Below, in pieces: positions 59,456-64,000 of a DNA stretch of 64,000 nt. The notes under the pieces are model-generated. The model saw only the letters and a program-made list of their open reading frames with translations. It was not told the DNA's origin and ran no database searches. Source of the stretch: an uncultured Verrucomicrobiae bacterium (lineage in GTDB: Bacteria > Verrucomicrobiota > Verrucomicrobiia > Chthoniobacterales > JAATET01); NCBI GenBank assembly GCA_963719495.1, contig CAVRCI010000001.1:1-64000 (forward strand). Reading direction: 5' to 3'. The translations under genes and the position numbers were made by a program. Position 1 is the stretch's first letter; every line of letters starts with the position of its first letter.

Positions 59456-59606
59456 GCTCAGAATACGCGCCCGAGCCCCCGCCCGGCGGCATTTTCCCGA
59501 CACCTTTGTTTCGGTCGGCGGCCCTTCATGAATCTCCCCGGCTCCCCGTCACGCTCGTTGCAGTGACCGCTCGGGTTCTGATAGCGTCCACGCTCCACCC
59601 ACTCCC

Positions 59607-59936
59607 ATGCCGACCTACGATTACAAGTGCGCCAAGTGCAAAAAGACGTTTGAGATGTTTCAGTCCATGAAGGACGACGCCCTCACGACCTGCCCCGAAG
59701 ATCACTGCCAGATGAAAAAATGGGGGAAGGGCGAGATCAAACGCCAACTCGGCGCCGGTGCCGGCCTCATCTTCAAGGGCTCCGGCTTCTACATCACCGA
59801 CTACCGAAGCGAAGGTTACAAGGCCGCCGCCAAGAAGGACTCGGCCTCCAGCGGCTCCGAGAAAAAATCCGAATCGAAACCCGCGGCATCATCCGAATCC
59901 AAACCGGCACCGAAACCGAAAAAAGCTGATGGCTGA
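59607..59936 (+). CDS. FmdB-family zinc-ribbon protein
   Basis: MPTYDYKCAKC, CP...C, FKGSGFYITDY. Confidence 0.9.
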   Translation: MPTYDYKCAKCKKTFEMFQSMKDDALTTCPEDHCQMKKWGKGEIKRQLGAGAGLIFKGSGFYITDYRSEGYKAAAKKDSASSGSEKKSESKPAASSESKPAPKPKKADG

Positions 59937-60744
59937 CGACCCCACCCCGGCGGCCGAGACCGATTGCCCCCAATGCGGATTCTCGAACGCCGCCAACCGC
60001 ACGTTTTGTCAGGATTGCGGCGCCCGTCTGGTCGGAGGCAGCGGCGGCCCGGTTCCGTCCGGTGCCCGGCCCGTCGCGGAGACGACCGCGGTTCCGCAGA
60101 CCGGAACTCGGAAATCTCGGAAATCGCGCAAGAGCCGCATCCGCCCCGATGGCGAGCGGCCCCGGCCGACCGTCCGCTCCACGATCGGAGCCGTCCTCCG
60201 CATCACCCTCTACGCCGCGATCCTCGCGGCGATCATTCAGATCCTGCGATCCCCCGGCCCGCCGCCCGATTTCCCGCTCATGCCCGCGAGCGTCTCGCAA
60301 TCGATGCGCGACCGCCTCACCGACGCTTCCGGATCCGGTGCCGGCACGCGGATGGCCTACCCCTGGAGTCTCATCAACGGCTACCTCGCCGAGCGGGTCC
60401 CAGCCGCCGTCTCGGGCGAGAACCGCTTCTTCAAAGTCGAGTTCATCCGAGCCACGGCCGAGCCCATCGGCGAAAACGTCCATCTCGCGATGGAACGCCG
60501 CGTAAACGGTCGACCGATGTTTCTCAGCTTCGACTACCATTTCGTCAGCCGGGACAACGGCGGGACGACGGCCCGCATCGTCGGCGGGTCACTCGGCCGC
60601 CTCCCCCTGCCCGGAGTCCTGGCCGCGGCTCTCGGCGGGACGGCGAAGCCAGTTTACGAGAAGCTGTTCTACGAATTGGATATCCTCGCCGAGGCCCGCG
60701 TTGTCACGATCTCGCCGGAATCCGCCGCCGTCACTTTCCCTTAA
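59929..60744 (+). CDS. Zinc-ribbon membrane protein
   Basis: CPQCG...FCQDCGARL, one TM helix. Confidence 0.75.
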   Translation: MADDPTPAAETDCPQCGFSNAANRTFCQDCGARLVGGSGGPVPSGARPVAETTAVPQTGTRKSRKSRKSRIRPDGERPRPTVRSTIGAVLRITLYAAILAAIIQILRSPGPPPDFPLMPASVSQSMRDRLTDASGSGAGTRMAYPWSLINGYLAERVPAAVSGENRFFKVEFIRATAEPIGENVHLAMERRVNGRPMFLSFDYHFVSRDNGGTTARIVGGSLGRLPLPGVLAAALGGTAKPVYEKLFYELDILAEARVVTISPESAAVTFP

Positions 60745-60762
60745 ACTTCGAGTCAATTCTTC

Positions 60763-62079
60763 GTGTCCGTCCCCCGATTCGCCGCCGCGGTCGCCGTCTT
60801 TCTCCTGACCACCCCCTGGTGCCGGGCGCAGGATCCGCTGCGGCTCGATGACCGCTCGATCTCGACCTCGAAGCAATTCGTCATCTACGCGAAGGATCCG
60901 ACCGTCCGGGCCGAAGTGTCCCGCAAAGCCGAGGACTTCAAGACCGAGTTCCTCGACCTCCTCGGCATCGACGACGAGTTTAAATTCACGATCATCGTCA
61001 ACCTGACGGCCCCACCGCCATCCCAGCGGAACCCACCGAAGACCCGCCTCGGCCTCTACGAGCTCGACGGCGGCGATCTCAAGATCCAGCTCGACGTCTA
61101 CGACGTGACCGCGCTCGAGGAGCCGGAGTTCAACCGCGACCTGATAGGCACGGTCCTCCTCGAATACGCCTACCGGAACAACTCGAGCCGCGCCGGTCGT
61201 TCGTTCGAACCCGCCCCCGCCTGGGTCGTCGCCGGCCTCCTCGAAAAAATCGCCGTCCGCCGGAACGGAGCCGAAGCCGCCGCCTACGCCACCCTGCTCG
61301 CCGGCGGTGCCACGCCCCGGATCGACGATTTTTTCCGCACCCGCGCCGACCGCCTCGACCCCACGTCCCGCGTCATCTTCCAGGCACAATCCCTCGCCAT
61401 GCTCGACACCTTGCGCGGGCTTCCCGATGGCCGACCCGGCCTCCACTACTACCTCGCCGTCCCCCGCCGCTCACCACCTTCGACCGACGAGATCGTCGAC
61501 CTCTTCCCGTCGCTCGGCGGCGACGCCGAGAACCTGTCGCGTAAGTGGGTCCTCACCATCGCGCGTTCCTCCGCCACCGATCGCGTCGACCTGCTCGGCG
61601 TCCGCGAGAGCGCCAGCACCCTGGCCCAAATCCTCAACGTCCAGGCCCTCCCCGATCCAAAAAAACCCGAGACTGCCGCCATGTCCGGCCCTCTCGCCCT
61701 CGGAGCCATCGCCCGCAGCGGCAGCGGCACTTTCGTCCTCTCGCAAATGCGCGCCGACCTTCTCCGCCTGTCCCTCAAAGCCCATCCGCTCTACAAACCC
61801 CTCACCGACGAATACCTCCAAATCGTCGCCGAACTCCTCCAAAAACCCAAACGCCGCCTCGAAAAACGCATCGCCGCCGCGGAGGAGATTCGAGCCAGCC
61901 TCGGCAGCCGCACGACCGAAATGAACAGCTACCTCGACTGGGTCGAAGCCACGAAAATCCAGACCGAAAGCGACACCTTCACCGACATCGTCGAAGACAC
62001 CGCAACATCGACGGAAGCCCCCCGCCGCCCAGACCCCATCAGCCAATTCCTCGACGCCTACGAATCAGGAGTCCGGTAA
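60763..62079 (+). CDS. Hypothetical secreted protein
   Basis: Signal peptide, SISTSKQFVIY, PAWVVAGL; typical codon usage. Confidence 0.75.
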   Translation: MSVPRFAAAVAVFLLTTPWCRAQDPLRLDDRSISTSKQFVIYAKDPTVRAEVSRKAEDFKTEFLDLLGIDDEFKFTIIVNLTAPPPSQRNPPKTRLGLYELDGGDLKIQLDVYDVTALEEPEFNRDLIGTVLLEYAYRNNSSRAGRSFEPAPAWVVAGLLEKIAVRRNGAEAAAYATLLAGGATPRIDDFFRTRADRLDPTSRVIFQAQSLAMLDTLRGLPDGRPGLHYYLAVPRRSPPSTDEIVDLFPSLGGDAENLSRKWVLTIARSSATDRVDLLGVRESASTLAQILNVQALPDPKKPETAAMSGPLALGAIARSGSGTFVLSQMRADLLRLSLKAHPLYKPLTDEYLQIVAELLQKPKRRLEKRIAAAEEIRASLGSRTTEMNSYLDWVEATKIQTESDTFTDIVEDTATSTEAPRRPDPISQFLDAYESGVR

Positions 62080-62225
62080 AATCACCCAGGCGAGGAACTC
62101 GCCCCATCCAGGAAAAAAAACCTGTCATGCCGAGCGAAGCGAAGCATCCCTGGCTAATCGAACCGCACCTCCCTCGCAGTCACCCCGCCAACCAAACCAA
62201 GCCCCCAGCATCAAATCACCCACCA

Positions 62226-62486
62226 TTGACTCGCTCGCTCCCGCTCGTCTCGCCCTTCGGGCTGCGTCGCAGAGCCGACGCAGTCTACCCCGCGGCTTCC
62301 CAGCCGCCGGTGTTGACTCGCTCGCTCCCGCTCGTCTCGCCCTTCGGGCTGCGTCGCAGAGCCGACGCAGTCTACCCCGCGGCTTCCCAGCCGCCGGTGT
62401 TGACTCGCTCGCTCCCGCTCGTCTCGCCCTTCGGGCTGCGTCGCAGAGCCGACGCAGTCTACCCCGCGGCTTCCCAGCCGCCGGTG
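62226..62486. repeat. Three identical tandem 87-bp copies of the ttgactcg structured repeat
   Basis: Units start at 62226, 62313, 62400 with no spacers. Confidence 0.92.
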
Positions 62487-62541
62487 TTCACCATTCACCA
62501 TTCACCATTCACCATCCACCAATCACTAATCACCAATCCCC

Positions 62542-62685
62542 ATGCTCCGCCTGACCCGTCGCGAACGCATCCTCGTCATCGCCATCCTTCTCGCGTTCGT
62601 CACTGGTCTCATCGTAAAACACGTGCGATCCTTGGAAGCCGCACCGCCTGCCGCCGCCGATCCATCACAGAATGCAGCCCAATAA
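62542..62685 (+). CDS. Small single-TM protein (47 aa; absent from the ORF track)
   Basis: MLRLTRRERILVIAILLAFVTGLIVKHVR...; overlaps the start of the next gene. Confidence 0.6.
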   Translation: MLRLTRRERILVIAILLAFVTGLIVKHVRSLEAAPPAAADPSQNAAQ

Positions 62686-63100
62686 TTTCAACGAATCCAT
62701 TGCCGCCATCTGCGCGCAGGACCCGCGCTACCACCGCGAAGTTTACTTTTTTCTGCGCGATTCCCTCGAAGACACGATCAAGCGCCGCCGCAAATCCCGC
62801 AAAGAAGCCCCGACCGACGTCGCCGCCCCCGAGCTCCTCGACGGCTTCCGCCTCTACGCCCTCAAGGAATACGGCCCCATGGCCGGCACCGTCCTCGACT
62901 ACTGGGGCATTCGCTCGACCTCCGACGTCGGCAACCTCGTCTTCAACCTCGTCGAAGCCCACGTCTTCAGCAAAACCGACCGCGACACTCCCGAAGCCTT
63001 CGCCGACGGCTTCGATTTCGAAACCGCCTTCGACGCCCCGTTCCGCCCCAAGCGAAAAAATTTGAGCAAAAACCCCGACCTCGCTGTCAAAGGCGGCTGA
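62672..63100 (+). CDS. Minf_1886-like (PVC-type) conserved protein
   Basis: DPRYHREVYFFL, ELLDG, YGPMAGTVLDYWGI, DVGNLVFNLV. Confidence 0.8.
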   Translation: MQPNNFNESIAAICAQDPRYHREVYFFLRDSLEDTIKRRRKSRKEAPTDVAAPELLDGFRLYALKEYGPMAGTVLDYWGIRSTSDVGNLVFNLVEAHVFSKTDRDTPEAFADGFDFETAFDAPFRPKRKNLSKNPDLAVKGG

Positions 63101-64000
63101 TGTCACCCAGTTCGCTCCTTTCCGTCGTTTTCATGGCTCTTCTCGCTACTTCCGCATTCACCAAGACCACCCCACCGGTCACTCCCACCGCCACCCCGAC
63201 CCTCCCGTCTTCCTCGGCTCAAGTCTTCACCCTCGACAACGGCCTCACCCTCATTGTCGACGAGGACCACAGCGCTCCCGTCGCCAGCGTCCAAGGCTGG
63301 TGCGAGACCGGCAGCATCGACGAAGGCAAGTGGATGGGTGCCGGCCTCTCCCACATCCTCGAGCACATGCTCTTCAAGGGCACCGACAAGCGCGGCAAGG
63401 GCGTCATCGACTCCACCGTCCAGAATCTCGGCGGTTACATCAACGCCTACACGTCCTTCGACCGCACCGTTTACTGGATCGACATCCCCGCTGCCGGAGC
63501 CAGCGAAGCCGTCGACATCGTCTCCGACGTGATGATGAACGCCAACCTCCCCGCCGACGAATACGACAAGGAGCAGGAGGTCATCCGCCGCGAGTTCGCC
63601 ATGGGCTTCGACGACCCCGACCGCGTCAGCTCACGCCAGCTCTTCAGCAGCGTGTTCACCGAGAGCCCCTACCGCCACCCGGTCATCGGCTACCTCGACA
63701 TCTACAACCGCCTAACCCGCCAGGACGTCGTCGATTACTACAAATCCCGCTACGTCCCGAACAACATCTTCCTCGTCGTCACCGGTGACGTGGACGCCAT
63801 GGCGATCAAATCTCAGGTCGAGAATTTCTTCGTCGACTACCCCCGCAAACCCCTCCCGCCCGTCTACGTCCCCGCCGAGCCCAACCAGACCGGCCGCCGT
63901 GACGTCCACGAGGAATTTCCCACCGAACTCACCCGCCTCAACCTCGCCTGGCGCGTCCCCTCCGTCACCAGTCCCGACATGCCCGCGCTCGACCTCCTCG
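63100..64000 (+). CDS. M16 (pitrilysin) family Zn peptidase, truncated by the window end
   Basis: ATG overlaps upstream TGA; LDNGL, GLSHILEHMLFKGT (HXXEH), GGYINAYTSFDRT. Confidence 0.9.
   Translation, partial: MSPSSLLSVVFMALLATSAFTKTTPPVTPTATPTLPSSSAQVFTLDNGLTLIVDEDHSAPVASVQGWCETGSIDEGKWMGAGLSHILEHMLFKGTDKRGKGVIDSTVQNLGGYINAYTSFDRTVYWIDIPAAGASEAVDIVSDVMMNANLPADEYDKEQEVIRREFAMGFDDPDRVSSRQLFSSVFTESPYRHPVIGYLDIYNRLTRQDVVDYYKSRYVPNNIFLVVTGDVDAMAIKSQVENFFVDYPRKPLPPVYVPAEPNQTGRRDVHEEFPTELTRLNLAWRVPSVTSPDMPALDLL

Noticed and set aside
62226..62486. CRISPR array
   Set aside because: Units are identical 87-mers with no unique spacers, and no cas genes are in the window.

Overview
GC-rich bacterial chromosomal segment, probably from Verrucomicrobiota (inferred from a Minf_1886-like gene and the intergenic repeat style). 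Most of it is housekeeping or metabolic: reductive pyrimidine catabolism (amidohydrolase, preA, mmsA), rmuC, cysH, holB-proB, avtA, thiH, thiG, rex, fur/perR-sufCBD, deoB, fcl, a stand-alone fusA, an Na/Pi cotransporter, an M16 peptidase and tRNA-Arg(UCU). Accessory parts: (i) a deletion-collapsed Wadjet/MksBEF-like relic next to an intact vapBC pair, inside the pyrimidine cluster, carrying a 37-36-37 bp repeat-insert-repeat that resembles a single CRISPR spacer-integration event; (ii) an ~8 kb co-oriented cell-wall-hydrolase and membrane-protein cluster (lipoprotein, helical protein, amidase/PG-binding/GH75 fusion, two related membrane proteins, second amidase) beside a divergent LuxR-family regulator; (iii) two tandem ~250-nt non-coding units with a conserved scaffold and a variable segment just after the tRNA, possibly orphan IS110 bridge-RNA loci, followed by an AT-rich zincin gene; (iv) a decayed ISNCY-like IS; (v) several REP-like repeat families, one with compensatory covariation, and two related long AT-rich palindromes upstream of fusA. 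All family assignments come from motif recognition by eye; no database searches were run.
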